Shown in pieces: positions 30,573 to 39,720 of a stretch of 64,000 nucleotides of DNA. Source of the stretch: Bacillota bacterium (GTDB lineage Bacteria; Bacillota; Sulfobacillia; JAJYWN01); contig JAJYWN010000064.1 of NCBI GenBank assembly GCA_021791495.1, positions 10,139 through 74,138 of the forward strand, given 5' to 3'. The translations under genes were made by a program, and so were the position numbers. Below the pieces are notes generated by a model. That model was not told where the DNA came from, did no database searches, and worked only from the letters and a program-made list of their open reading frames with translations. Numbering within the stretch: position 1 is the first letter of the stretch; each line of letters begins with the position of its first letter.

Positions 30573-31411
30573 GGTCGATAGCGCAGCTTGCGGACCTCCA
30601 AGACCGGTTCGAACCCGAGTTTCTCGTAAAGCCGGCCGGAAACCGGATTGGCCGCTTCGCGGTACAGGACCGAAACCGCTCCGGCGGCGTCGTTCCCTTC
30701 GCATAGATGCCCTACCACCGCGCCGGCCAAGCCCTTGCCGCCGTACCGCGGCTGCGTGTATACGCCGGAGATGCGCCCGAGCCCGGGGATGATGCTCCAA
30801 GACCATGCGGCTGAGACGACGCCGTCGTCCGGCGTCTCCGCCAACGCGAATCGGAACCCTTGCACCAAACGGTCCTGGATCTCGGCCACCGTCGCCGCGC
30901 CAAATAGCTCACTCGTGGAATAGTGCGCCGCCAGAGCCCCCGCATCGTCCGGCCCGGCTTCACGCACGATGGCACCGGAAAGGCGGGGCGGGGGAGCGGC
31001 CATGTGGCGCCGGCGCGCCATGACGACCAGGTCCTCCTCGGCCAGCGGCGGCAGCAGGTCGGCGATGGCTTCGGCCACGGGCCGCTCGGCATCGATGAAC
31101 TTCAGGTCCGGGTGACGTCCCGCCTCTTCTGTCACGGTTCTGGCGTGCGTCGCCGTGCCACCGAAGACCGCCGACCGCCCCGACTCATCGAAAGTCACCA
31201 CCCCGACCAGCGTGGCCTTTCGAAGGTCGACAGCGGAGAGATCGCGCAACGCTAACATCTGGGGCCCGCCGCGCAGACCGAATCGCACCAGCCAGGAGTA
31301 GGGCAGGTTGAACCGGACCAAATCTCCGGCGAAGAGCGTTTCGACCTCAGAGCGGTCCGATGATGTCAGACGTTCGAGCCTATGGGATTCGCAGTTCGTT
31401 TGCAAATTCAT
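30569..31411 (-). CDS. GNAT-family N-acetyltransferase
   Basis: C-terminal acetyl-CoA binding region (GKGLAGAVVGHL..) and the typical fold length. Confidence 0.65.
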   Translation of the reverse strand: MNLQTNCESHRLERLTSSDRSEVETLFAGDLVRFNLPYSWLVRFGLRGGPQMLALRDLSAVDLRKATLVGVVTFDESGRSAVFGGTATHARTVTEEAGRHPDLKFIDAERPVAEAIADLLPPLAEEDLVVMARRRHMAAPPPRLSGAIVREAGPDDAGALAAHYSTSELFGAATVAEIQDRLVQGFRFALAETPDDGVVSAAWSWSIIPGLGRISGVYTQPRYGGKGLAGAVVGHLCEGNDAAGAVSVLYREAANPVSGRLYEKLGFEPVLEVRKLRYRP

Positions 31412-31467
31412 ATGAGATTCGTTGCCCCTTCTGGGTTTTCAACCAAGCAGTCTCCAAATGAGAACGG

Positions 31468-33492
31468 TCAGACGCCTGCTTGGAGGTCAGGTGTCCTACT
31501 TCTCTTTTGACTGCCAACATTGCTTCCAGTTCGCTTTCCTTGAAGAAGGACGAATCGAAAGTGGGTGATCCGACAATTTCGGGCGGAACTCATGTTCACG
31601 AAGAACGGTATGACCGTAATGACCACTCCCTCGGCGTACCGAAGCTCCCTCAGCATCTGGTCGACCGTGCCGTTATGCAAATAGTCGTCGAACGGCTCGC
31701 TGGTCACCACCGCCGGGATCAGCAGGTTGATGAGTGTCTCTGGATGCTCGCGGTGTACCTGGCCCAAGTAGGTCTGGAGTGGGCCGACGACGTCGCGGTA
31801 CGGAGACGGCAAGACCACCAGGGGCACCCCTCCGTGGCGCCGCAGGTCCCATTTCTTCTGGTACTTCTCACCCAAATCCGGTTCGGCCGCCACGTAGACG
31901 GCGGTGATATCCTTGGATATCCGCCGGGCCACGCGCAGGGAGTGATCGATTACGGGGCTGAGGCCGCCGATGGTCATGACGACCTTCACCGCTTTGGCAT
32001 CGTCCATGGGCAAGTGTTCGTGGAGCAGGCCTTCCACGCTTTCCCGGAATCTGGCGTAGTACCGGTGGACGTAGGTGAAGTACGCCAGGATCAGCGGGAT
32101 CAGGACCAAGACGATCCAGGCGCCGTGGGTGAACTTGGTCACGGCGATGACCACCAACACCGTTCCGCTGAGCAGGGCGCCCAGCCCGTTCAGGAAGAGG
32201 GACCACCCGTGCCGCCAGATGGACTCGGCCCTCTGTCGGGCCTGTTTCACCCAGTGCACGACCATCCCCGTCTGCGACAAGGTGAACGCGGCGAATACGC
32301 CGACCGCATACAGCGGGATGAGCAGGTGCGTGCTACCCCGGAACAGGACGATGAGCGCCGAGGCCAGCCCGGCCAAGAGCAGGATACCGGAGTTGAAAAC
32401 CAGCGTGTCACCGCGGTTCGTCAGGCGGCGCGGCAGGTAACCGTCGCGGGCGATGAACCCGGATAGTCGCGGGAAATCGGCGTAGGCCGTATTAGCGGCC
32501 AGGAGCAGGATCATGGCCGTGGTCGCCTGAACGATGTAGTAGAAGACGCCGGTCCCGCCGAAGACCTCGCGGGCCACCTGGCTCACCACCGTCTCCCCCT
32601 CCTTGGGAACGGCGCCGAAGCCGAAGGCCAGGATGGTTATGCCGGCAAACATGGTGTAAAGAAGTGTCCTCTCCAAGCCCATGGTCCTGACGGCGTTGCG
32701 GGTCTCCGGGGCGCGGAAAGCCTGAACGCCGTTGGAGATGGCTTCCAGCCCCGTTAGCGCCGTGCACCCGGAGGAGAAGGCCCGGAGCAGTAAGAACAGG
32801 GTGACTCCATTCGCCATTTGCCGGAAGGCCTGGCTGCCGCCACCGATACCAAAGGCGGACCAGGGGCTGACGGCCGGGTGCCAGTCGCCGGCGGCGGCCC
32901 GGATGAGCCCGAAAACGATCATCGCCAAGATGCTGAGAATGAAGCCATACGTGGGCACGGCGAAGATGGCCCCCGACTCGCGTACGCCACGCAGATTGAC
33001 CCAGGCGATAAGCCAGATGACGATGAGGGATAGAACTACTTCCTGGCCGCGGAGAGACGGGACGGCCGAAGTTATGGCGGCGACGCCGGCCGCGGCGGAG
33101 ACGGCGACGGTGAGGACATAGTCGACCAAGAGCGACGCTCCCGCCACCAGCCCCGCCTTGATCCCGAGGTTGTCTTTCGAGACGATGTAGGAACCGCCGC
33201 CCGAGGGGTAGGCGTGGATGGTCTGGGTGTAGGATGCCGCCACGATCATGACCAAGGCGACGATGCCCAAACCGACGGGAAGGGAGTAGGCCGCCGCCGC
33301 CGTCCCGGCAGCCATCAGCACCCACATGATTTCCTCGGTAGCGTAAGCCACGGAGGAAAGACCGTCGGCACTGAACACAGCAAGACCAGACGCTACACTG
33401 AGTCGTTCCAGGTGCTGCTGATCGGTGCGTTTGGGTGGGCCGAACAGCAGGCGCTTGAAACGGCGCACCCGTACACTGGTGGGACCAAACAT
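31468..33492 (-). CDS. APC-superfamily amino acid permease with a C-terminal extension (the ORF track start is 33558; the preferred ATG at 33492 has a GAGGAGG RBS)
   Basis: Twelve or more TMS and APC motifs (AYPSGGGSY). Confidence 0.75.
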   Translation of the reverse strand: MFGPTSVRVRRFKRLLFGPPKRTDQQHLERLSVASGLAVFSADGLSSVAYATEEIMWVLMAAGTAAAAYSLPVGLGIVALVMIVAASYTQTIHAYPSGGGSYIVSKDNLGIKAGLVAGASLLVDYVLTVAVSAAAGVAAITSAVPSLRGQEVVLSLIVIWLIAWVNLRGVRESGAIFAVPTYGFILSILAMIVFGLIRAAAGDWHPAVSPWSAFGIGGGSQAFRQMANGVTLFLLLRAFSSGCTALTGLEAISNGVQAFRAPETRNAVRTMGLERTLLYTMFAGITILAFGFGAVPKEGETVVSQVAREVFGGTGVFYYIVQATTAMILLLAANTAYADFPRLSGFIARDGYLPRRLTNRGDTLVFNSGILLLAGLASALIVLFRGSTHLLIPLYAVGVFAAFTLSQTGMVVHWVKQARQRAESIWRHGWSLFLNGLGALLSGTVLVVIAVTKFTHGAWIVLVLIPLILAYFTYVHRYYARFRESVEGLLHEHLPMDDAKAVKVVMTIGGLSPVIDHSLRVARRISKDITAVYVAAEPDLGEKYQKKWDLRRHGGVPLVVLPSPYRDVVGPLQTYLGQVHREHPETLINLLIPAVVTSEPFDDYLHNGTVDQMLRELRYAEGVVITVIPFFVNMSSARNCRITHFRFVLLQGKRTGSNVGSQKRSRTPDLQAGV

Positions 33493-33520
33493 GCTTCTTT
33501 GAAGGCCTCCTCGTCTTGCG

Positions 33521-33565
33521 CTCCACCCGGGAAAAGCAAAAGAAAACGGACCACCCAAAGGGGTC
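33521..33565 (-). terminator. terminator/attenuator-like hairpin (GGACGACCCC / GGGTGGTCC) followed by TTTTCTTTTGCTTTT, in the permease leader
   Basis: Seen on the minus strand just upstream of the permease start. Confidence 0.4.
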
Positions 33566-33854
33566 GTCCGTTTGTTTGCGCCGCGGGCGGCTCCTTCGAC
33601 CGACGCCTACGAGGTTAGCTGACGGGTTGGGGCAGTCGAAGTCGCCCCTCCGCTTACGGCGGATTCACCCCAGGGAATTGGGTCCCCCGTTCCTTTTCAG
33701 GATTCGGCGTTTACGGGATGAAACTGTATACCTGCACGGTTTGTGCTGTAAAGGTTCAATGTCACCCTTGTCGTTTCCTTCTTGTTGTAGCTGCGCCTTT
33801 GGCTCACCTGGCACGTGTCATGAAGCACTTCTCGGTCGTTGTAAAGGAAAATCG

Positions 33855-33895
33855 GCTGGAATAGCCTCCAGCCGATCTTCCCTAATCTCAGATAT
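33855..33895 (-). terminator. rho-independent terminator after the tRNA pair (AATCGGCTGGA...TCCAGCCGATT plus a U-tract)
   Basis: Perfect 11-bp stem followed by TTTTCCTTT on the minus strand. Confidence 0.7.
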
Positions 33896-33902
33896 TCGCT
33901 TG

Positions 33903-33977
33903 TGCGCCCGGCAGGATTCGAACCTGCGACCTCCAGATTCGTAGTCTGTCACTCTAATCCAACTGAGCTACGGGCGC
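33903..33977 (-). tRNA. tRNA-Arg (anticodon ACG)
   Basis: Manual cloverleaf: acceptor GCGCCCG, anticodon loop CTACGAA, T-arm GGTTCGAATCC, discriminator A. Confidence 0.8.
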
Positions 33978-33985
33978 ATATCCGG

Positions 33986-34076
33986 CGGAGAGAGAGGGAT
34001 TCGAACCCTCGCTGGAGTGAACACCCCACTAACGGTTTAGCAAACCGTCCCCTTCAGCCGACTTGGGTATCTCTCC
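33986..34076 (-). tRNA. tRNA-Ser (anticodon GCU)
   Basis: Acceptor GGAGAGA, anticodon loop TTGCTAA, a long variable arm, and T-arm GGTTCGAATCC. Confidence 0.8.
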
Positions 34077-34157
34077 ACTTTAAGAGACCAGCTACACCGC
34101 TTGATCGTGTAGGCTGTACTTATGCTGTTTTTGGCTCAAGGTTCACTGGCTTGCCGT

Positions 34158-35660
34158 TTAACGCTTAACTATAATAGCACAGCCACGCGTCGAAAACAAG
34201 CAAACGCCGCCGCCGGAGTCTGTCAAGCTAATGTGGGAGCTTCGGTAGTCGAAGGTTTTCAAAGACCTGCTGGAAGTGTTTGGTTGATCTTGTGAAAAAA
34301 GCTTTGAGAGTCCGTGCGAAGCATTAGCTCCGGCTCCCATGATCGGCACGTTGCCCTTCACTGAGGCTAGCGCCGTGTTTGTCAGGTCAAAGGTGATTCT
34401 TCGGACGCCCTCTTTGAGACTTTCGGTTTCCATCAATCCGCGGACCGCCGCCACTTGGTGTGCATAGGCCCTCAGCCGGCCCTCGAAACGCTGCCCTAGC
34501 GCCCGCAGGATGGCTCTTAGCCCTTCTTGCCCCCAACTCTGGCCCCTGCCTTGCAGCCGCCGTTTGAACCGGGCCACGTTGGACTCCGCGGCTCCCAAAG
34601 CCCGGAGGCCCGTCACGTCCACGCCCTTCTCCCGGAGCCGCATGCGGTAATCCACCAGGCCCTGCGGGTAGCTTGCCAAATCCTCTATCAGGTTTAGCAG
34701 CTCTTTGTCCTTGGGGGCTTTCTCCTGGGCCCGACAGAGCGCCGCCAGAACCTGGTCGGGATTGTCGCCCTCTAGGCCCCGCCGCGCCGCCTCCTGTTCC
34801 TCTGGGAAGAGCCTCAAAAGCCTCTTGAAGTCCCGTTTCAAGTGGAACCGGTCGAACTGGTACATCGCATGGTGAAAGTACTCCATGCCTTCCCGGATCC
34901 ACTTGGCTCGGTCGCCGTTAATAGCCACCCATGTGTCGGCGAGATCGTATTCGCTGTACAGTTTGCGGCTGCCCGTCTCCCAGAAGTCCTCCCCGGCACC
35001 GTCGTCCACGTAGTGGCGCCGGTGGACCAGCGAATACTCCTTCCCTGACGGGCTTTTCCTCTCCCAGCCCTCATGGGACGTCAGCTTCTTAGTCTCTTGT
35101 TTTGGCGCGCCCTGCCGGGACACGTACAGGCCGTCGGCCTCGATTAGCAGCACCGGGACCTTCCGTTCTCCGGCCGGGTCCGCCAGTTCCCGCTTCAGAT
35201 CCTCGCCAATGGCGTCTCCGACCTCCAACACTCTCTGCCGGATGGTCTCGTGGCTCACCGGCGGATACTCGTAAATCCGCTCCAGGCTGTCCCTTGCCGC
35301 CCGATAGGACGCGCCTTCCACACCTTCCAAAACAGCCACCTCGACCAGACCCGGACTCAGCCGCTCCCGCTTCTCTAGCCCCAACGCCTCGTCCAGGAGG
35401 GCCACGATCTGGCCTGTCTCCCGGTCCAGATAAGTCCGCCTGCTGAACCGCAGCTTCCCAAACAACGTGTCTATCTCTCGTGAACGCAAGTCCTTGGCCT
35501 GGTATCGCTCCTTGTCCCGGCTCTTGAGCAGCGACCCGTCCAGAAACTCCAGCACTTGCTCCAGCACTTTGACCAACAGGGCGCTAAGCATCCTGAATGC
35601 TTCTCTCTCCAAAACTGAAAACGAAAAGGAACTCGGGGTGGATTCCGTGAAGATTGCCAC
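34158..35660 (-). mobile_element. ISLre2-family (UPF0236) transposase gene; IS ends not determined (approx 34100-35950)
   Basis: A 500-aa ORF resembling ISLre2-family transposases. It is inserted next to the tRNA genes. Confidence 0.6.
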
Positions 35661-35991
35661 GGGACGAGTTAGTGCCTCCTTCAGTGTGGAGTCTCAGCAA
35701 CCCAACACTTCGGAGCAGGCCTTCCTCGTCCCTCCTCTCTTCTCAGAACCTTCCTCTACTCCCTAACCCCTTCCCACATAAACCTTACAGTCTCCCGCCG
35801 CCGCGAACACCGCTCCCGCGTCTCACGTATCTCACGAGACAGCGCCAGTGGCCGGCGGTCCCGTCGAAAGGATATCCGAGCAACTGAGCTGGGTGCAAAA
35901 TCCTTAGAATCTCCAATATTTGTTCACCATTGTGTGATTAGAATAGGCTCAGGGTCGAAGCCAAGCCCCAGGTAGGTATGACACCGCAAAT

Positions 35992-36441
35992 GTGGGACGG
36001 AGTGATGAGGAGATGTGTCGAGGGCACGGTTGGTGGCTGTTCGCCGTGGGCGTGTTGCTGCTGTTCGGGCTGTTCGGACCTGGCGCGTGGCTGTTTGGAG
36101 GGATGGGTGGAATGATGGGGCGTTACTGGGGTCCCGGTTATGGGTACGGGCCGTCCGCAGGCTGGTACATGCCTTTTGTTGGTTTGTTCTTCATCTTCCT
36201 GGTAGCCGCCGGCATCTTCTTGCTGGTCCGGCTCTTCAGCCGCCGGGATTACGGCTCTCACGCCCAGCACCTGGATGGGCCAATGATGCACGGCTGCATG
36301 GGTGGCATGCACAGCATGGACGGCATGGATGGTCACTCCACAGCTGCCGGGGAGACTCCTCTCGAAATCGTGAAGAAGCGTTACGCTCGGGGCGAGATCA
36401 CGAAAGAGGAGTTCGACACCATCAGACGCGATCTCCAGTGA
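35992..36441 (+). CDS. SHOCT-domain membrane protein with a Met/His-rich putative metal-binding segment
   Basis: N-terminal TM helices, MHGCMGGMHSMDGMDGH, and a C-terminal SHOCT motif (LEIVKKRYARGEITKEEFDTIRRDL). Confidence 0.65.
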   Translation: MGRSDEEMCRGHGWWLFAVGVLLLFGLFGPGAWLFGGMGGMMGRYWGPGYGYGPSAGWYMPFVGLFFIFLVAAGIFLLVRLFSRRDYGSHAQHLDGPMMHGCMGGMHSMDGMDGHSTAAGETPLEIVKKRYARGEITKEEFDTIRRDLQ

Positions 36442-36448
36442 TGGTGGT

Positions 36449-36766
36449 CTAGAACGCGCCGAGGACCTGGTCCGAGCCTTCCATGATCATCGCGACCAGG
36501 TCCCCATAGGTGCCACTCGCGCAGCCGGGGATGAGCGAAGCCTCGTCGAACCCCCGGAGTCTCAAATCGCCTGTTATGACCAGGACGCGCTCATACTTCT
36601 CGGCCGACAGCCCCAGTCCGGCCGCGGTGGCGGCCAAGGTGGCGTCTTCCAAGAGCGCCAAAGTGACCCTATGCCCCTGCTCGGTCAAGTCGGAGGCCAA
36701 AGCGAAGGCCCGCCGCGCGCCCTCCGAGGTCGGGCTGCTGCAAACCAGCACGGCGATTCTCTTCAT
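36449..36766 (-). CDS. DsrH/TusB-like sulfur relay protein
   Basis: A DsrE/F/H-fold protein about 105 aa long, third in the E-F-H gene order. Confidence 0.6.
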   Translation of the reverse strand: MKRIAVLVCSSPTSEGARRAFALASDLTEQGHRVTLALLEDATLAATAAGLGLSAEKYERVLVITGDLRLRGFDEASLIPGCASGTYGDLVAMIMEGSDQVLGAF

Positions 36767-36805
36767 CTGTTCATGCCCTTCCTTCGTTTCATACCCGTCC
36801 TCCCG

Positions 36806-37174
36806 CTAGAAACGCAGCAGGTGCCGGGTGGACGCGACAAGCCGGGCCAATTCGGCGTCATCGACTTCTTCCACGCCCGGTATCAAGTCTCGGGCCGCCA
36901 GGCCCCGCCTTGCCAAGCTCGGCCCGTGAACGAAGATTCGCGGGTCCAACGCCGGAGAAAGCTTCCGGACACCAGAAAGCACATCCGATAGAGAAGCGAA
37001 GCCACTGGTCCCCGGAGTTTGCCCGGCCCGCGCCAGCCACACCCCGTCGTCCACCAGCACCGCCACGGCGCGTACCCCGTTATTCAGCGCCCCGTTCAGG
37101 TGCCGGACGCCCTCCGCGGCGGAGACGGTACCGTACGGCGCCCGGGAAATCAGGATACAGACGGAGTTCTCCAC
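36806..37174 (-). CDS. DsrF/TusC-like sulfur relay protein
   Basis: A DsrE/F-family protein about 122 aa long, in the middle position. Confidence 0.6.
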   Translation of the reverse strand: MENSVCILISRAPYGTVSAAEGVRHLNGALNNGVRAVAVLVDDGVWLARAGQTPGTSGFASLSDVLSGVRKLSPALDPRIFVHGPSLARRGLAARDLIPGVEEVDDAELARLVASTRHLLRF

Positions 37175-37186
37175 AGCTTCCCCTCC

Positions 37187-37621
37187 CTATTGCCCCAAGG
37201 CGATGAGAGCCTGGCTTTCCGATAGCGCGGTGAAGAGTCCTTTCAAGGAACTCGGTTGGGTACTCGGAACGCGCATCTCCTCCGCGCGCAGGTTGCGGAG
37301 GGTCAAACATGACCCGCATAGGTCGACGCATAGGCCCTTCTCGATCAAGCCGGGCAGCCTTTCTCCCACCAAGGGAAGGCCGGCGGCCTTCTGCTTGCTC
37401 ATCACGCTATAGACCCCGTCGGCCGAGGCGAACAGGTTCACCCGGAACCCTTTCTCCAGCGCCGCCTCAGCTAGGTTAAGGGCTGTATGGGCGGCCTGGG
37501 AGCCAAAGGGGGTACCCGTGAGGAAAATGGTCAGCGTCTTGTGGACATCGTTCCTGTCTTGACGTTCTTCCATCTGCATCTCCCCGCCCAACCGGCTTCG
37601 CGTCGACCCGCCTTCGGCCAT
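37187..37621 (-). CDS. DsrE/TusD-like sulfur relay protein (conserved Cys in CGSC)
   Basis: DsrE-family sequence (TIFLTGTPFGSQ...). The start may be internal (MQMEERQ). Confidence 0.65.
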   Translation of the reverse strand: MAEGGSTRSRLGGEMQMEERQDRNDVHKTLTIFLTGTPFGSQAAHTALNLAEAALEKGFRVNLFASADGVYSVMSKQKAAGLPLVGERLPGLIEKGLCVDLCGSCLTLRNLRAEEMRVPSTQPSSLKGLFTALSESQALIALGQ

Positions 37622-37680
37622 CCGGCGAAGCCAGTTCTTTCGGTTGGTTGCAGTCTAACATCCCAAACGGTATACTACAA

Positions 37681-37709
37681 ATGCATCATTTGCCTTCTTT
37701 CGATGCAGT
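37681..37709. promoter_or_regulatory. palindrome ATGCATC-N14-GATGCAT in the divergent dsrE/lysR intergenic region (candidate LysR-type operator)
   Basis: Seen directly. It lies 24 nt upstream of the lysR ATG. Confidence 0.4.
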
Positions 37710-37732
37710 TCACGCATAGGAGAAGACGGGTT

Positions 37733-38668
37733 ATGGAGATCTATCGCCTCGAGACTTTCCGCCGATTGGCCCGCGCCCTGAACTTTTCCCGGACGGCGGA
37801 GGAACTGTCGCTGAGCCAGTCGGCGGTGTCCAGACACATCGAAGCCCTAGAGCGGGAACTTGGGATGAGGCTGTTTACGCGAAACGGCCGGGAAGTCGCC
37901 CTGACCGAGGCCGGATCTCGTCTGCTGGACTACGCCGAACGCATCCTGGATCTGGCGGGCGAAGCCACCCGGGCGCTGGCGGAATTGAAGAACCTTGAGA
38001 GCGGCGAGTTGTGGGTTGGGGCCAGCACCACGCCCGGCAACTACCTCTTGGGGCCGGTGATTGCCGCCTACCAGCAGCGTTATCCGGGGGTGGAGCTACA
38101 CCTGAATATCGGCGATTCCCAGTCGGTCCTGCGCGAGGTGGAGGAAGGTGCCATCGACGTGGGTGTCCTTGGTTTTCCACCCCGCACGGCCGGGGTCGAG
38201 ATCGAGCCCTACGTCCGAGACGAGCTCGCTTTGGTGATGTCACCGCGCCACCCTCTCGCTGGTCTCCTGGAGATCCGGGCATCCGACCTTGGGACGACGC
38301 GCCTTCTGGTCCGTGAGCAGGGCTCCAATTCCCGCCGGTCTGTGGAGGAACACCTCCGTAACCGGGGCTTCCAGCCCGTACACCTCGGTGAGCTGGGCAG
38401 TACGGAAGCGATCAAGAACGCCGTCGCCGCGGGAGCGGGCGTGGCGTTTCTGCCGCGTTGTGCTGTCGACTTGGAGATCCGAGCAGGCATCTTGGTGGCC
38501 GGGACCGGCGCCGACTGCGTAATCGGGCGACAACTGGTGCTGGCCTACCCCAAGGGACGCCGGCGACCACCGGCCGCGCTGGCCTTTGCGGCTCTCCTGC
38601 GGAAGATTCGTTCCGGCGCGGAGGTAACGGAAAGGCCAGAAGCAGACGCATCTCGGAAAGGGGACTGA
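37733..38668 (+). CDS. LysR-family transcriptional regulator
   Basis: It begins at MEIYRLETFRRLARALNFSRTAEELSLSQSAVSRHIEALE (HTH) with AGGAGAAG upstream. The ORF track's upstream extension was rejected. Confidence 0.85.
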   Translation: MEIYRLETFRRLARALNFSRTAEELSLSQSAVSRHIEALERELGMRLFTRNGREVALTEAGSRLLDYAERILDLAGEATRALAELKNLESGELWVGASTTPGNYLLGPVIAAYQQRYPGVELHLNIGDSQSVLREVEEGAIDVGVLGFPPRTAGVEIEPYVRDELALVMSPRHPLAGLLEIRASDLGTTRLLVREQGSNSRRSVEEHLRNRGFQPVHLGELGSTEAIKNAVAAGAGVAFLPRCAVDLEIRAGILVAGTGADCVIGRQLVLAYPKGRRRPPAALAFAALLRKIRSGAEVTERPEADASRKGD

Positions 38669-38673
38669 CCCCC

Positions 38674-39720
38674 ATGGACAACCTTCCGCCTATCCGGCTC
38701 ACTTCGTACTCGCCCGGCAGCGGCTGAGCCTGCAAGGTCGGCCCGGCCGACTTGGCGCAGGTCCTGCGCCACCTTCCGCCCGTGTCCGATCCCCGGTTCA
38801 TGGGGAAGATAGGCGACGATGCGGTGGTGTACCGCCTTTCCGATGATCTGGCCATCGTGCAGACCGTGGACTATATCACCCCGGTGCTGGATGACCCATA
38901 CTCTTTTGGTCAGGTGGCCGCGGCCAACGCCTTGAGTGACGTCTACGCCATGGGAGCCACCCCCTTGTTCGCGCTGAACCTGATCGGGTTCCCCGTGCGA
39001 GACCTGCCCCTGGCCCACATGGAGCAGATCCTCCTGGGTGGCGCCGCTAAGGTGGCCGAGGCCGGGGCGGTGGTCGCCGGCGGCCATTCCGTCGATGACC
39101 CTTCGCCCAAGTTCGGATTGGCCGTGACCGGGTTGGTGCACCCCGACCGGCTGGTGACCAAGGCCGGCGGGCGCCACGGGGACATGCTCTTCCTCACCAA
39201 GCCGCTGGGGAGCGGGGCGGTCGTCACCGCCCTGGACCGCGGTCTGGCGGGGAAGGATGCCGAGTCCGCCGTGTTCCCGCTCATGAGCGCCTTGAACCGC
39301 GGCGCCGCCGAGGCCATGCTCCGGGTGGGGGCAGCGGCCTGTACGGACGTGACGGGGTTCGGTCTCTTGGGTCACCTACACGAGCTGGCCAAAGCCAGCG
39401 GGCTGTCCGCGCGGGTCCAAGCGTCCGCCATTCCGGTGCTGCCCGAAGCGCGCGGTCTTCTCGAGCTGGGTGCCGTCTCCGACGGTACCCGCCGGAACGT
39501 GCGTTTTCTGAGGGATCTCGTGGATTGGGGGCCGGAGGTCTCGGAGGAAGACCGCTTGATGCTCAGTGATGCACAGACCTCCGGAGGGCTCTTGATCGCG
39601 GTGGCGGAGGAGAAGCGGGACGCGATGGCCGTTGCCCTCAGGGAGGAGGGCTGCCTGGCCTGGGACGAAATCGGCCGGCTGGTCGAGGGCCCCGCGGGGC
39701 GCTTACTGGTGGTTGACTAG
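38674..39720 (+). CDS. selD: selenide, water dikinase SelD (selenophosphate synthetase), a selenocysteine-containing form with an in-frame UGA at 38725..38727
   Basis: The ATG at 38674 and the M at 38752 are in the same frame and separated only by a TGA. The translation MDNLPPIRLTSYSPGSG-U-ACKVGPADLAQVL aligns with the SelD catalytic G-x-G-[C/U]-x-CK motif. The rest is an AIR-synthase-like fold. Confidence 0.75.

Noticed and set aside
33521-33565. T-box leader upstream of the amino-acid permease
   Set aside because: Only a partial GGGUGGU.CCG resemblance, and it lies in the 3' arm of the hairpin. No specifier loop, AGAGA box or GNUGA box was identifiable. It is kept only as a generic attenuator-like hairpin.
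34100-35950. Terminal inverted repeats of the ISLre2-like element
   Set aside because: No convincing inverted repeats could be identified by eye at the presumed ends, so only the transposase gene is reported and the IS boundaries are left approximate.
37487-37732. Upstream extension of the LysR ORF (393-aa version)
   Set aside because: The extension is low-complexity and overlaps the divergent dsrE promoter region. The HTH begins right at M37733, which has a good RBS.
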